From an uncultured Gammaproteobacteria bacterium (GTDB taxonomy: Bacteria > Patescibacteriota > Patescibacteriia > SBBC01 > JACPUP01), in NCBI GenBank assembly GCA_964457305.1, contig CAYWEH010000002.1, positions 1 through 63,737 on the forward strand: DNA of 63,737 nt, read 5' to 3'. Below, piece after piece: positions 27,259 to 36,902 of the stretch. The stretch's first letter is position 1. Each line of letters starts with the position of its first letter. A program made the translations under genes and the position numbers. Under the pieces are notes generated by a model that had not been told where the DNA came from, did no database searches, and was given only the letters and a program-made list of their open reading frames with translations.

Positions 27259-28709
27259 ACCAGCTCCGCGTCCTCTTCGCGGCCGCCGAAGTCACGCCGA
27301 TCGCCAAGGTCGGTGGGTTGGCGGACGTGGTCGGCGCGCTCCCCATCGCCCTCCGACGACTCGGTCTTGATGTCCGCATCGTCTTGCCTCGGTACGAACA
27401 GATCGATCCGGCTCGGCTTGGCTGCGTTGATCGCGGCGACGTGACCGTCACCGTCAGTGAAGGCCAGTTCAAGGTTAAGGTGTGGGCCGGGGTCTTGCCG
27501 CAGACCGATGTTCCCGTATTCTTTCTCGACAACGGTTCTTTTCTCTCCCAGGGGCCCATCTACTTCGAACAGAGCGCCGCCGATGGCTCGTTCGTGGAGT
27601 TCCGGCGCTTCCTGTTTTTCGATCTGGCGGTCGCCGCCTTCTTACAGACTTTCCCTTGGCAACCACATATCCTCCACTGCCACGACTGGCAAACCGGGCT
27701 GCTCCCCGCGCTGACCGCCGGGCAATACCCCTCAGTCTTTACCATCCACAACCTCGCCATGCAGGGGGGGTGGGCGGCGAAAGACATTCTGACGTTTGCG
27801 TTGCTGGACGACGCGCCGCACCCGGCCTTGTCGTTCCGTGACCGCAACGGCGACCTCAACCTCCTGGGGACGGCCATCATCAGCGCCGACCGCGTCAATA
27901 CTGTCTCCCCGTCGTATGCCGAGGAAATCCTCACCCCCGCGCTCGGCGTCGGCCTAGAGGGACTCCTCGCCCAGCACCGCCAGAAGCTTTCGGGAATCCT
28001 CAACGGCATCGACACTGATCGCTTCGACCCGGTGCACGACCCGGCCATCGTCCCCTACGACGCCCGGCATCTCGAGCGGAAGCGGGAAAACCGCGTTCGG
28101 CTATTGCAGCGCTTCAAATTGACGGGGGCCGGCCCAATCTTCGGCTTCGTCGGCCGCCTGACCGAACAAAAGGGGAGTGAACTCATCGTCGCCAATCGGG
28201 AATTCTTCGCCCGGAACGGCGCGAACCTCGTCCTGCTCGGCAAGGGTCTCAAAGCGTTCGAGGCCGAGGCCGAACAACTGACGAAACAGCTTGTCGGCCA
28301 AGCCGGGGTAGTCATCGGGTTCGACGCAACACTGGCTCAACAGATCTACGCGGGCAGCGACTTCTTCCTCATGCCTTCATACTTTGAGCCCTGCGGCCTG
28401 GGTCAACTCATTGCCCTGCGCTACGGCACCGTCCCGGTTGTCCGGGCGACCGGCGGCCTCCGCGACACAGTTCAGGATATTCAAGGAGACGACGGCACGG
28501 GCATCACATTTGCCGAATACACCCCGGCTGGACTCGCCGCCGGGCTGTATCGAGCACTGGCGCTCTACCAGGATACGAACGCTTTCCGGGCTGCCCAACA
28601 ACGGGCTATGGCGCAGGACTTCTCCTGGAATCAATCGGCCCAGCAGTATGCCAATCTCTACCACGAACTCTTGCCCTCCGCTGCCGGGCGTGGGACACTG
28701 ATCGCATGA
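27255..28709 (+). CDS. glgA: Glycogen/starch synthase (GT5), copy 2
   Basis: MNQLRVLFAAAEVTPIAKVGGLADVVGALP, ILHCHDWQTGLLP, and PSYFEPCGLGQLIALRYGTVPVVRATGGLRDT. The start was set at 27255 (ATGA overlap). Confidence 0.88.
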   Translation: MNQLRVLFAAAEVTPIAKVGGLADVVGALPIALRRLGLDVRIVLPRYEQIDPARLGCVDRGDVTVTVSEGQFKVKVWAGVLPQTDVPVFFLDNGSFLSQGPIYFEQSAADGSFVEFRRFLFFDLAVAAFLQTFPWQPHILHCHDWQTGLLPALTAGQYPSVFTIHNLAMQGGWAAKDILTFALLDDAPHPALSFRDRNGDLNLLGTAIISADRVNTVSPSYAEEILTPALGVGLEGLLAQHRQKLSGILNGIDTDRFDPVHDPAIVPYDARHLERKRENRVRLLQRFKLTGAGPIFGFVGRLTEQKGSELIVANREFFARNGANLVLLGKGLKAFEAEAEQLTKQLVGQAGVVIGFDATLAQQIYAGSDFFLMPSYFEPCGLGQLIALRYGTVPVVRATGGLRDTVQDIQGDDGTGITFAEYTPAGLAAGLYRALALYQDTNAFRAAQQRAMAQDFSWNQSAQQYANLYHELLPSAAGRGTLIA

Positions 28710-29629
28710 AGCCCCAGATTCGCATTGACGAAATCCATGATCGGGCGGTGATCATCGCCCCGTCCCGCAACAAACGCCCGCACGACTTCCTGACCGAGGC
28801 CTTGCCGCCCGGGCCCCCGTCAAGCGCCTGCATCTTTTGTCCGCACAACCTAAAACACGCACTCTCGCTCGACCGCATCGGCCCGCTGCGCGCCTGGCGA
28901 ATGAATGTCATTCGCAATATTTTTCCGGTTGTTGCCCCCCAGTTCCCCCAGGCCTACGGACGCCAAGAGGTCGTTATTGAAACGCCGCACCACAACGTTG
29001 AGCTAGCCGAGATGCCGGTCCAGCACATTGCCGAATTGCTCCTCCTCTATGGCCGACGGACACGCGCCATCGCCCGCGACAAGCGGATTGGCTACATTCT
29101 TGTTTTCAAGAATAACGGCGGGCGAGCGGGTGCCTCGATCACCCACGCCCACTCGCAAATTTTCGCCTCGGAATTCGTCGCCCCGCACATCAAGGGGAAA
29201 TTACTCCGCGCCCAAGCGTACCGTATCAGCCACGGCGAGTGTTACTACTGCTACCTGATCCGCACCGAACGAAAAGGGCCGCGCTGGATTGCTGACGCGA
29301 AATCCGTCGTCGCGCTCACTCCCTACGCATCAAGCTACAACTACGAGGCGTGGATCCTGCCGAAACGAGAGGTGGACAATATCGCCCAACTCACCCCCGA
29401 TGAACGGCTGGCCATGGCTCGTCTGTTGAAGCAGATCATCAGCCGGCTCCGGGCGCTCCATCTGCCCTACAATTTCTACCTCCACCAGAATATCAAAGAC
29501 CGCCAGGAACACCTCTACCTTCGGGTTTGCCCGCGCCGCGACGTCTGGGCGGGCATTGAGCTCGGCTCGCGGCTCATCATCAATACAGTAGCACCGGAAG
29601 CGGCGGCGCTATTTTATAGACGAAAGTAA
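28706..29629 (+). CDS. GalT-like nucleotidyltransferase (HIT superfamily branch III; Gal-1-P uridylyltransferase / NDP-hexose phosphorylase-like)
   Basis: N-terminal Zn motif CIFCPHN, active-site HxHxQ (THAHSQIF, 29144-29158), and a duplicated half-barrel architecture. Confidence 0.72.
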   Translation: MKPQIRIDEIHDRAVIIAPSRNKRPHDFLTEALPPGPPSSACIFCPHNLKHALSLDRIGPLRAWRMNVIRNIFPVVAPQFPQAYGRQEVVIETPHHNVELAEMPVQHIAELLLLYGRRTRAIARDKRIGYILVFKNNGGRAGASITHAHSQIFASEFVAPHIKGKLLRAQAYRISHGECYYCYLIRTERKGPRWIADAKSVVALTPYASSYNYEAWILPKREVDNIAQLTPDERLAMARLLKQIISRLRALHLPYNFYLHQNIKDRQEHLYLRVCPRRDVWAGIELGSRLIINTVAPEAAALFYRRK

Positions 29630-29646
29630 GTAATAAGTAGATGGTA

Positions 29647-29676
29647 GTGAGTAGAATTTCTCTACCAACTACTCAC
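29647..29676. terminator. AT-rich hairpin between convergent GalT-like and tyrS genes
   Basis: gtgagtag (29647-54) pairs with ctactcac (29669-76) across a 14-nt loop. A second ctactcac copy follows. Confidence 0.4.
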
Positions 29677-29682
29677 GAAAAA

Positions 29683-30882
29683 CTACTCACTGATCCGCAG
29701 CCGGTAGAACCGCCGTGGGCCGATTTGGAGTATGTCTTTATCCCGAATGTGGACGGATTCGTTCCAGTCGGTGATTTGCTGGTTGGCCAGGCGGATACCA
29801 CCTTGTTCCATTAAACGTCGTCCCTCGGATCGACTACCAACGAATTGCTGTGACACCAGCAGATCGAGGAGTTTGTGCTCCTGGCCACGAACCGTAATGT
29901 CTGGAATCTCCGTCGGCGTGCCCTTCTTCTGAAACACGGCCGTGAACTCTTCGCCAGCTGCCCGGGCGGCCGCGCCGCCATGGTAGAGGGTGACAATCGC
30001 CTCGGCCAGTTTCGCTTTGGCGTCGCGTGGGTTCAGCTCCTTCTTCCGCATCGCCCGCAGCATGTCCTTCACCTCCGTCTCGGGGACATCAGTACACAGC
30101 CGGAAGTATTCGCCAATCAACGTATCGGGAATGGACATGAGTTTTCCAAACATATCATGCGGGGTCGCGGCCAGGCTGATGGTATTCCCCAAACTCTGAC
30201 TCATCTTCCGCTTACCGTCCGTCCCGCGTAAGAGCGGCATGAGGACAAGGTCTTGTGGCTCTTGATTGAACGCCCGTTGCAGTTCGCGCGCTTGCAATTC
30301 ATTAAACTGCTGGTCGGAACCAATGACCGTCGCATCGGCTTTGAGCATGACGGAATCATACGCCTGGAGCACGGGGTAGACGGGTTCCTGCAACCGTATG
30401 TCCTTGCCCTTTTTCATACGTTCGACAAACATGTCCCGTTCGAGCATGCGCTGGGTGGTGAAGTGGCTCATGAGACGGAGGAGCTCTTCGGCGGGCATTG
30501 TTTCATACCACTCGCTGTTCCGCCGGACCTCGGTCTTTCGCCTATCAAGGACAACGCCAATCTGATCAAGATAGCTTTGGGCAGCCGCCTCGACTTCAGC
30601 TGCGCTGCGCATTTTCCTTGTTTCCAGCTTGTCGTTCGGATCGCCAAATCGGGCGGTGAAATCGCCGATGAGGAAAATAATCGTGTGCCCAGCGTCTTGA
30701 AATACCTTCAGCTTCCGGTAGATGACCGCGTACCCGAGGTGGAGATCGGTCGACGTTGGGTCGACGCCGTGCTTAATCCGCAACGGTCGGCCCGAACGCA
30801 ACTTCGCCTCCAGACTCTTGCGCTCGATGACGTCGGCGACCCCGCGCGTCAAAAGTTCCTCGATCGGTGAAACGGTGGCCAT
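29683..30882 (-). CDS. tyrS: Tyrosine--tRNA ligase
   Basis: GVDPTSTDLHLGYAV (HIGH-type), LIGDFTARFGDP, KMSQSLGN (KMSKS), and a C-terminal S4-like domain. The start was trimmed to MATVSPIEE (30882). Confidence 0.9.
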   Translation of the reverse strand: MATVSPIEELLTRGVADVIERKSLEAKLRSGRPLRIKHGVDPTSTDLHLGYAVIYRKLKVFQDAGHTIIFLIGDFTARFGDPNDKLETRKMRSAAEVEAAAQSYLDQIGVVLDRRKTEVRRNSEWYETMPAEELLRLMSHFTTQRMLERDMFVERMKKGKDIRLQEPVYPVLQAYDSVMLKADATVIGSDQQFNELQARELQRAFNQEPQDLVLMPLLRGTDGKRKMSQSLGNTISLAATPHDMFGKLMSIPDTLIGEYFRLCTDVPETEVKDMLRAMRKKELNPRDAKAKLAEAIVTLYHGGAAARAAGEEFTAVFQKKGTPTEIPDITVRGQEHKLLDLLVSQQFVGSRSEGRRLMEQGGIRLANQQITDWNESVHIRDKDILQIGPRRFYRLRISE

Positions 30883-30956
30883 GTTGAAAGAGTACCATGT
30901 TCCTGCTATAGTGAACAACGATTTTGCGGCCTTTTTCGTCGGCCGCTCTCTACGAC

Positions 30957-33791
30957 ATGCCAATCCCCCACCTGCGCTCACCCCGTTTCCGACCCCTGCC
31001 GCCCCGGGGGGCGGACCGTTCGCGTCGCCGGCCGCGTCGTTTTCCCTGGCGGCTCATGATTCGGTTGGCGGTCGGTGCATTCTTCGCGTTCGGAATTTTC
31101 CTCGCTGGAGCGTTTGCCTACTACGCCAAGGACCTTCCCAGCCCGGACCGGCTGCTCGACCGCAACGTCGCCCAGAGCACGCGCATCTACGCCCGCGACG
31201 GCAAAACGCTGCTCTACGAAATCCACGGGGACGAACGCCGCACGGTCACGAACATCAAAGACATCCCGGCCGCACTCAAAGAAGCGACCGTCGCCATTGA
31301 GGATAAAAACTTCTACCAACATCGCGGTTTTTCGATCACGGGGTTCCTCCGCGCGCTGTGGATCAACGTCATTTCCGGCGGCAAACGCCGCCCCGGCGGC
31401 TCCACCATCACCCAACAGTTCGTGAAGAACGCCATCCTCACAAACGAGAAGACCGTCACCCGAAAACTCAAGGAACTCGTTTTGTCTTTCGAACTCGAGC
31501 GGAAGTTCTCGAAAGACCAAATCCTCCAACTGTACCTGAACGAAATCGGCTACGGGTCAAACAACTACGGGGTGACCGCTGCAGCGCGGAGTTTTTTCGG
31601 GAAGAATGTGCAGGACCTCACCGTGGCGGAAAGCGCCGTTCTGGCCGCGCTGCCCCAAGCACCGACCTACTACTCGCCCTACGGCAACCACCAAGAGGCG
31701 CTCTCCGCCCGCCACCACCACATCCTCGATCTGATGGCCGAACGGGGGTACATCACCCCGGAGGAGGCGAAAACCGCCAAGGCCGAACAGATCGTGTTCC
31801 AAAAATCGCGTGAGGCGATCCTCGCCCCCCATTTCGTTTTCTTCGTCAAAGACCTCTTGAGCGACCGCTATCCGTTAAGCCAGATCGAGCGAGGCGGCTT
31901 GCGGGTCGTCACTACGCTCGACCCGGAGAAGCAAAAAATCGCTGAGGAGGAAATTGCCAAGGGGGTCGCCGCGAACGAGAAGCGATATCGGGCAACGAAC
32001 GCGGCGCTCGTCTCCGTCGACGTCGCGACCGGCCAGATCGTCGCCCTGGTTGGTTCGCGCGATTACTTCGACGAGGAACACGACGGCAACGTCAATGTCG
32101 CGATTGCCGAACGGAACCCGGGCTCGTCGTTCAAGCCGATCGTCTACGCGACCGCCTTTGCCAAGGGGTTCACGCCCGAAACGATTCTCTACGACGTCGA
32201 AACGAACTTCGGTCCCGACGGCAGCGGTAAAGACTACGTCCCGAGTGACTACGACGGGAAGGAACGCGGCCCGGTTTCCATGCGCCAGGCGCTGGCCGGT
32301 TCGCTGAACATTCCGGCGGTGCAAACCCTCTACTTGGCAACGATCCCCAAAGTCGTTGAACAAGCCAACGCCTTCGGCTACACGACGCTCAAGAAGCCGG
32401 ACGAGTACGGTTTGGCCCTCGCCCTGGGCGGTGCTGGCGTTCAGCTCCTTGAACACACCGCGGCCTTCGGGGTCATCGCTCGTGAAGGCGTTCGCCTACC
32501 CACGAGCGCCATTCTCCGCATCGAAGACGCCAACGGAAAAGTGCTTGAACAAACCAAGCCGCCGAAGGGCGATCCGATCCTCGAAAAAAACATCGCTCGT
32601 CTCATTACGAACATCATGTCGGACAACGGCGCCCGTTCGTTCATCTTCGGTTCCCGCAGCCCGCTCATTCTGCCCGATCGTCCGGTCGCGGCCAAGACCG
32701 GCACGACGAACGATTGGCGCGACGGATGGACGATAGGCTTCACCCCCTCACTGGTGACCGGCGTCTGGGCCGGGAATAACGACAACAGCCCGATGGCCAA
32801 GGGCGCGGACGGCGTCTTCGTGGCCGCGCCGATCTGGCGTGCCTTCATGCAACGGGCGCTCGCTGGAACGCCGGCCGAAAAATTCAAGGCCGCAAAACCG
32901 AACGAAGCGAAAAACCCGGCGCTCCGCGGCGATATGGGGGGTGAGGAAACCATCTCAATCGATCGAGTGACTCGCCGGCGGATCCCGAACGCCTGCTTGG
33001 CTACTTGGCCAGCCGCGTTTGTGGACACGGTCACGGTGAAATCCGTCCACTCCACCCTCCACTACGTGAACAAAGACGACCCGAACGGCCCGCCACCGGA
33101 CGATCCAGCGCAAGATACCATGTACGCCCGTTGGGAACGGGCGGTAGCGAAGTGGGCTGGGAAGAAGTACACCAACGCCACGCCCGCCCTCGAGTCCTGT
33201 GACCTCCACACCCCGAAGAACGCGCCGGTGGTCAGCCTGACTCAGCCGGCCGACGGCGCCACGGCCGACCCGGCCGGCATCGCTGCAGCGGTCACCCTCA
33301 CCGGCCCACGCAAAATCAGCCAGGTCGAATACCTGATCGACGGTATCGTCGTGGCCACGGTCACCGTGGCACCTTTCTCTGTCCACGTTCCACTCGCCGG
33401 GCAGGCGGCTGGTTTTCACACCCTGACCGCCCGAGCCACCGATGACGTCGGCAACACCGGAACTGACGCCGCCACCTTGAACCTCCTGTCAGGATCTTCC
33501 CAGACCATCTTTTTCCTCGACCCCTCGCCCGGCGCCCAGTTCGCCCCCGATACGGCCCTCACCATTCGGGGGGTCGCCAAAGACCCGGCTGGGGTTGCGG
33601 CGGTCGTCCTCCTCGAGCGCCAGGGGGAAACAATCAATGAAATCGGGCGGACCGACAGCCCGGCGTCTGCAGACGTCTCCTTCTCGCTCGGGGTCGTGAC
33701 GCCGGGGAGTCATTCCTATGCCCTGCGCGTCATTGGTGCCGGCGGCCAATCAACCACCACGGATTTTCTCACGATAACCGTCGGGCCGTGA
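30957..33791 (+). CDS. Class A penicillin-binding protein (PBP1A-type transglycosylase/transpeptidase) with C-terminal Ig-like extension
   Basis: GT51 motifs EDKNFYQHRGF and GGSTITQQFVKN. Transpeptidase motifs SSFKP, SLN and KTGTT. A ~200-aa C-terminal beta-rich extension follows. The start is uncertain (30924 TTG, 30957 ATG or 31056 ATG). Confidence 0.85.
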   Translation: MPIPHLRSPRFRPLPPRGADRSRRRPRRFPWRLMIRLAVGAFFAFGIFLAGAFAYYAKDLPSPDRLLDRNVAQSTRIYARDGKTLLYEIHGDERRTVTNIKDIPAALKEATVAIEDKNFYQHRGFSITGFLRALWINVISGGKRRPGGSTITQQFVKNAILTNEKTVTRKLKELVLSFELERKFSKDQILQLYLNEIGYGSNNYGVTAAARSFFGKNVQDLTVAESAVLAALPQAPTYYSPYGNHQEALSARHHHILDLMAERGYITPEEAKTAKAEQIVFQKSREAILAPHFVFFVKDLLSDRYPLSQIERGGLRVVTTLDPEKQKIAEEEIAKGVAANEKRYRATNAALVSVDVATGQIVALVGSRDYFDEEHDGNVNVAIAERNPGSSFKPIVYATAFAKGFTPETILYDVETNFGPDGSGKDYVPSDYDGKERGPVSMRQALAGSLNIPAVQTLYLATIPKVVEQANAFGYTTLKKPDEYGLALALGGAGVQLLEHTAAFGVIAREGVRLPTSAILRIEDANGKVLEQTKPPKGDPILEKNIARLITNIMSDNGARSFIFGSRSPLILPDRPVAAKTGTTNDWRDGWTIGFTPSLVTGVWAGNNDNSPMAKGADGVFVAAPIWRAFMQRALAGTPAEKFKAAKPNEAKNPALRGDMGGEETISIDRVTRRRIPNACLATWPAAFVDTVTVKSVHSTLHYVNKDDPNGPPPDDPAQDTMYARWERAVAKWAGKKYTNATPALESCDLHTPKNAPVVSLTQPADGATADPAGIAAAVTLTGPRKISQVEYLIDGIVVATVTVAPFSVHVPLAGQAAGFHTLTARATDDVGNTGTDAATLNLLSGSSQTIFFLDPSPGAQFAPDTALTIRGVAKDPAGVAAVVLLERQGETINEIGRTDSPASADVSFSLGVVTPGSHSYALRVIGAGGQSTTTDFLTITVGP

Positions 33792-34068
33792 CCGTCAGCC
33801 CGACAAAGTGACGTCCCGGGAAGTGGCGGCGCAGTTCGCCGAACAACCCTTCTTTTTGTTCGCTGACCAGGGCGGCGACTGCCGGGTGGTCAACGCCGAT
33901 AAAAACCCGTCCGCGAGCGTACCGATAGGCGTGGGCGGACTGGCCCAGGGCAAGCTCTTCGGCCAGATAGTTGTTCACGCTCTGGACCACCGCCTGTGCC
34001 TCCAGCTGTCGTTCCACGCCAAGCCGTCGGATGGCGCCTCCGACCAACGACGACAGGGGCGTGAACAT
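33769..34068 (-). CDS. DUF721 / DciA-like protein
   Basis: 99 aa, located directly downstream of dnaN. The size and the pattern (LGVERQLEAQAVVQSV...RGRVFIGVDHPAVAALV) fit DUF721. Confidence 0.6.
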   Translation of the reverse strand: MFTPLSSLVGGAIRRLGVERQLEAQAVVQSVNNYLAEELALGQSAHAYRYARGRVFIGVDHPAVAALVSEQKEGLFGELRRHFPGRHFVGLTVTARRLS

Positions 34069-34069
34069 A

Positions 34070-35161
34070 CTACTGCCGAATCGGCATGATGAGATACAGC
34101 GTCTGCTTGACCCCTTGCGGTCGGACGAGGCCGGGGTTCGCGGGGCCGCCGAATTCGAGGACCACCGATTCCGACGTCATGCTCCCCAGCCCGTCGAGGA
34201 GATACCGATAGTTGAACACGATGGACACTGGTTCGCCTGTTGTCTTGGTCGTGAGCACCTTCTCATGCTCACCCGCTTGCGTGTTGGCGGCCCGGACGGT
34301 CAACGATTTTTCGCCGTCGGACTCAAGCGTCACGTCGTAGATTCCCTGTTTGCAGAACAGGCTCGCCTGCTTGATGGCGTTCATCAGCTCCTCGCGACCG
34401 ATCTCAATCGTCGTCTGGTGTTCCTGGGGAATGATTTGCGTATAGTCAGGGTACTGCCCTTCGATCAACCGCGTCGTCATCTCGACATCGTCGTACGCGA
34501 AGAGCGCTTGGTTCTCGTCAATGGAAATCGCCACCGGTTCATCACCCAGGGTTCGGAGAACTTCCTGCAACGTCCGGCTGGGGAGAATGATGCGCGCGTC
34601 TTTCGCGGTCGTCGGGAGCCCCACCCGCTGTTCCGCCAGACGGTACGAGTCGGTGGCAGCCAGGGTCAGGGTCTTGTCGTGGACCACCAACAGCACCCCA
34701 CTAATCTCCGGCCGCGCTTCATCGGCCGCCGCAGCGAAGATCACCCGGGCGATGGCGCTTCGGAGGGCTGGGCCGGGAACGGTAAACGTGTTATCACGTT
34801 TGACTTGGGGAATGAGGGGAAATTCTTCCGCGGGGATGCCGCGGATGGTTGTTTTCGCGCCCGGGGCTGTTATCTTCAACGCTTTGTCGTCCAGAACAAC
34901 GTCAATGCGGTCTTTCGGCAACAAGCCGATATAATCGCTGAACAGTTTTCCGTTCACGGTGAAGCCGCCTTCGGATTCCACTTTCCCACGCAGTAAACAA
35001 CTTACGCCGATTTCCAGATTCGTCGCCGTCAGGCGGATGCTCCCACGCTCTGCGCGAATAAGAACATTGTTCAGGATGGGCAGTGAGATGTTTTTCGTCG
35101 CCAAGTGACTGACGGTTGTTAAGCCGCGATGAAGGTTTTCTTGTGTGCATGAGAATTGCAT
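34070..35161 (-). CDS. dnaN: DNA polymerase III beta sliding clamp
   Basis: MQFSCTQENLHRGLTTVSHLATKNISLPILNNVLIRAERGSIRLTATNLEIG. The length and three-domain pattern fit. It lies downstream of dnaA. Confidence 0.92.
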   Translation of the reverse strand: MQFSCTQENLHRGLTTVSHLATKNISLPILNNVLIRAERGSIRLTATNLEIGVSCLLRGKVESEGGFTVNGKLFSDYIGLLPKDRIDVVLDDKALKITAPGAKTTIRGIPAEEFPLIPQVKRDNTFTVPGPALRSAIARVIFAAAADEARPEISGVLLVVHDKTLTLAATDSYRLAEQRVGLPTTAKDARIILPSRTLQEVLRTLGDEPVAISIDENQALFAYDDVEMTTRLIEGQYPDYTQIIPQEHQTTIEIGREELMNAIKQASLFCKQGIYDVTLESDGEKSLTVRAANTQAGEHEKVLTTKTTGEPVSIVFNYRYLLDGLGSMTSESVVLEFGGPANPGLVRPQGVKQTLYLIMPIRQ

Positions 35162-35377
35162 AGCGTTCTTAATCAATACCACGTAGTACTAGTAGGGGGC
35201 TGTGGGTTTGGGGAGTGGCGTTAACCGCTCAATATTTATAAGCCCTTTTCGTATTGGGGGGTGTGGAAAAGGTGTGTGGACGAATGTTAAGGAAACGGGG
35301 AATGTTCTAAAAACCCCTTAAAATATGGGGAAAAACGGCTTGGGTGCCCCAGCGGCTGTCCACAAGGAATCCACACG
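35162..35377. promoter_or_regulatory. dnaA-dnaN intergenic region with DnaA-box-like 9-mers and AT-rich stretch (oriC candidate)
   Basis: tgtggaaaa (35262, 8/9 to TGTGGATAA), tgtggacga (35275, 7/9), ctgtccaca (35356, 7/9 to TTATCCACA) and gaatccaca (35367, 7/9). AT-rich segments aatatttataag and cttaaaatatgggg are also present. Confidence 0.5.
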
Positions 35378-36727
35378 CTAATGAACATACAGACGCTGCT
35401 TGATGAAGTGGATGTCTTGTTTCAGTTTCTCATCCTTTTCAACCTCGCCAGCGATTTTCGTGCAGGCGTGCATGGCGGTGGTGTGGTCGCGGCCACCAAG
35501 CTCTTGCCCAATGGCGGGGAAGGAACTGCGGAGCTCTTCACGGAGGAGGTACATGGCGATTTGTCTGGGCGTCACCAATCCCTTTTTCCGGCTGTTGCCC
35601 ACCAGATCCTCGATCGAGACGTCGTAGAAGCCCGCGACCGTTGAGACGAGTTGCTTCGGCGTGAGACCGCTCTTCTTCCCCTCGCCCGAGACGGACGAGA
35701 GGAGCGCCTTCACGTTGTCCAAAGAGAGCGGGGCCTGATTGAGTTGGTGGTACGCAATCAGCCGATTGAGCACCCCCTCCAACTCGCGAATATTGGAATG
35801 GCTGCTGGAGGCGATGTAGTGGATGATTTCACGGCCAAGCGGGAAGCCGCGTTCTTGACACTTCGCTTCAAGGATGGCGATGCGCGTTTCGAGGTCGGGC
35901 GCACCAATATCCGCGATCATCCCCCACTCAAAACGGGAAATCAGCCTCTCTTCCAAGGTGGGAATGGATTTGGGCGGGCGGTCTGAAGTTATGACAATCT
36001 GTTTTTTTGTGCCATGCAGGGCGTTGAAGGTATGGAAGAACTCCTCTTGGGTGCCCTCCTTCCCGGCGAGGAAGGCAATGTCGTCGACGAGGAGGAGGTC
36101 AACGGTGCGGTAGGTATTTTTGAATTCCGTCGACTTTCCCCCCTTTACCGACTGGATGAAATCGTTCGTGAATTGCTCGCAGCTGACGTATAAGACCCGT
36201 GCGTTCGGGCTTCGTTTCAGGAGGGAGTTTCCGACCGCTTGGAGAAGGTGGGTCTTCCCTAAACCAGAGGCGCCGTAGATGAAGAGCGGGTTGTAGACTT
36301 CACCTGGACGTTCGGCGACGGCAACGCAGGCAGCCCGGGCCAGTTCGTTGCCTTTCCCGACGACGAATGTTTCGAACAGGTAGCGCGGGTTGAGGCTAGA
36401 CGGCGAACCACTCGCCGCCTCGACGCGACGCGATGGACGTACCGAATCAATCGGCCGGCTCGTCGGCGGGGGGCGGGCAATCGACTCGACGCTGTAGATG
36501 ACCGTCGTGATTTCCTTCTTGGTGATATTCCCGAGCGCCTGGGTGATCGACTGGTGGTATTTTTTTTCCAGCCAAGCCCTGGTAAAGGCATTGGGAACGC
36601 CAACAATGACCTGCTGGCCCTCGCGGCTGGCGATGAACGTATTCCGGAACCACGTCGTAAAATTCGCTCTTGAGAGCGTTAGTTCAAGTTCACCGAGAAC
36701 CGCCTTCCAGAGTTCGTCGTTCGACAT
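35378..36727 (-). CDS. dnaA: Chromosomal replication initiator protein DnaA
   Basis: Walker A GASGLGKTHLL, LLVDDIAFLAGKEGTQEEFFHTFN, and domain IV GGRDHTTAMHA. The start was trimmed to MSNDELWKAVL (36727). Confidence 0.95.
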   Translation of the reverse strand: MSNDELWKAVLGELELTLSRANFTTWFRNTFIASREGQQVIVGVPNAFTRAWLEKKYHQSITQALGNITKKEITTVIYSVESIARPPPTSRPIDSVRPSRRVEAASGSPSSLNPRYLFETFVVGKGNELARAACVAVAERPGEVYNPLFIYGASGLGKTHLLQAVGNSLLKRSPNARVLYVSCEQFTNDFIQSVKGGKSTEFKNTYRTVDLLLVDDIAFLAGKEGTQEEFFHTFNALHGTKKQIVITSDRPPKSIPTLEERLISRFEWGMIADIGAPDLETRIAILEAKCQERGFPLGREIIHYIASSSHSNIRELEGVLNRLIAYHQLNQAPLSLDNVKALLSSVSGEGKKSGLTPKQLVSTVAGFYDVSIEDLVGNSRKKGLVTPRQIAMYLLREELRSSFPAIGQELGGRDHTTAMHACTKIAGEVEKDEKLKQDIHFIKQRLYVH

Positions 36728-36902
36728 AAAATCCCACGCGGAAGCACTATACCACAGGGTAAACTCCCATAAAAGGGAGAAAAGTGGACAGCGTGTGGAG
36801 AAGGTGTGGAGGGACTGGGCGTAAGGGGAGCCCTCATTGACCAGAGGGATATTCGTTGATAGCATAGGGTGGCTTTTCCGAGCTGTTTTTCGGAGATCGT
36901 GT
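36728..36902. promoter_or_regulatory. rpmH-dnaA divergent intergenic region with DnaA-box-like motifs (alternative oriC / dnaA autoregulation site)
   Basis: tgtggagaa (36794, 8/9), tgtggaggg (36806) and agtggacag (36783). The region must contain both divergent promoters. Confidence 0.4.
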
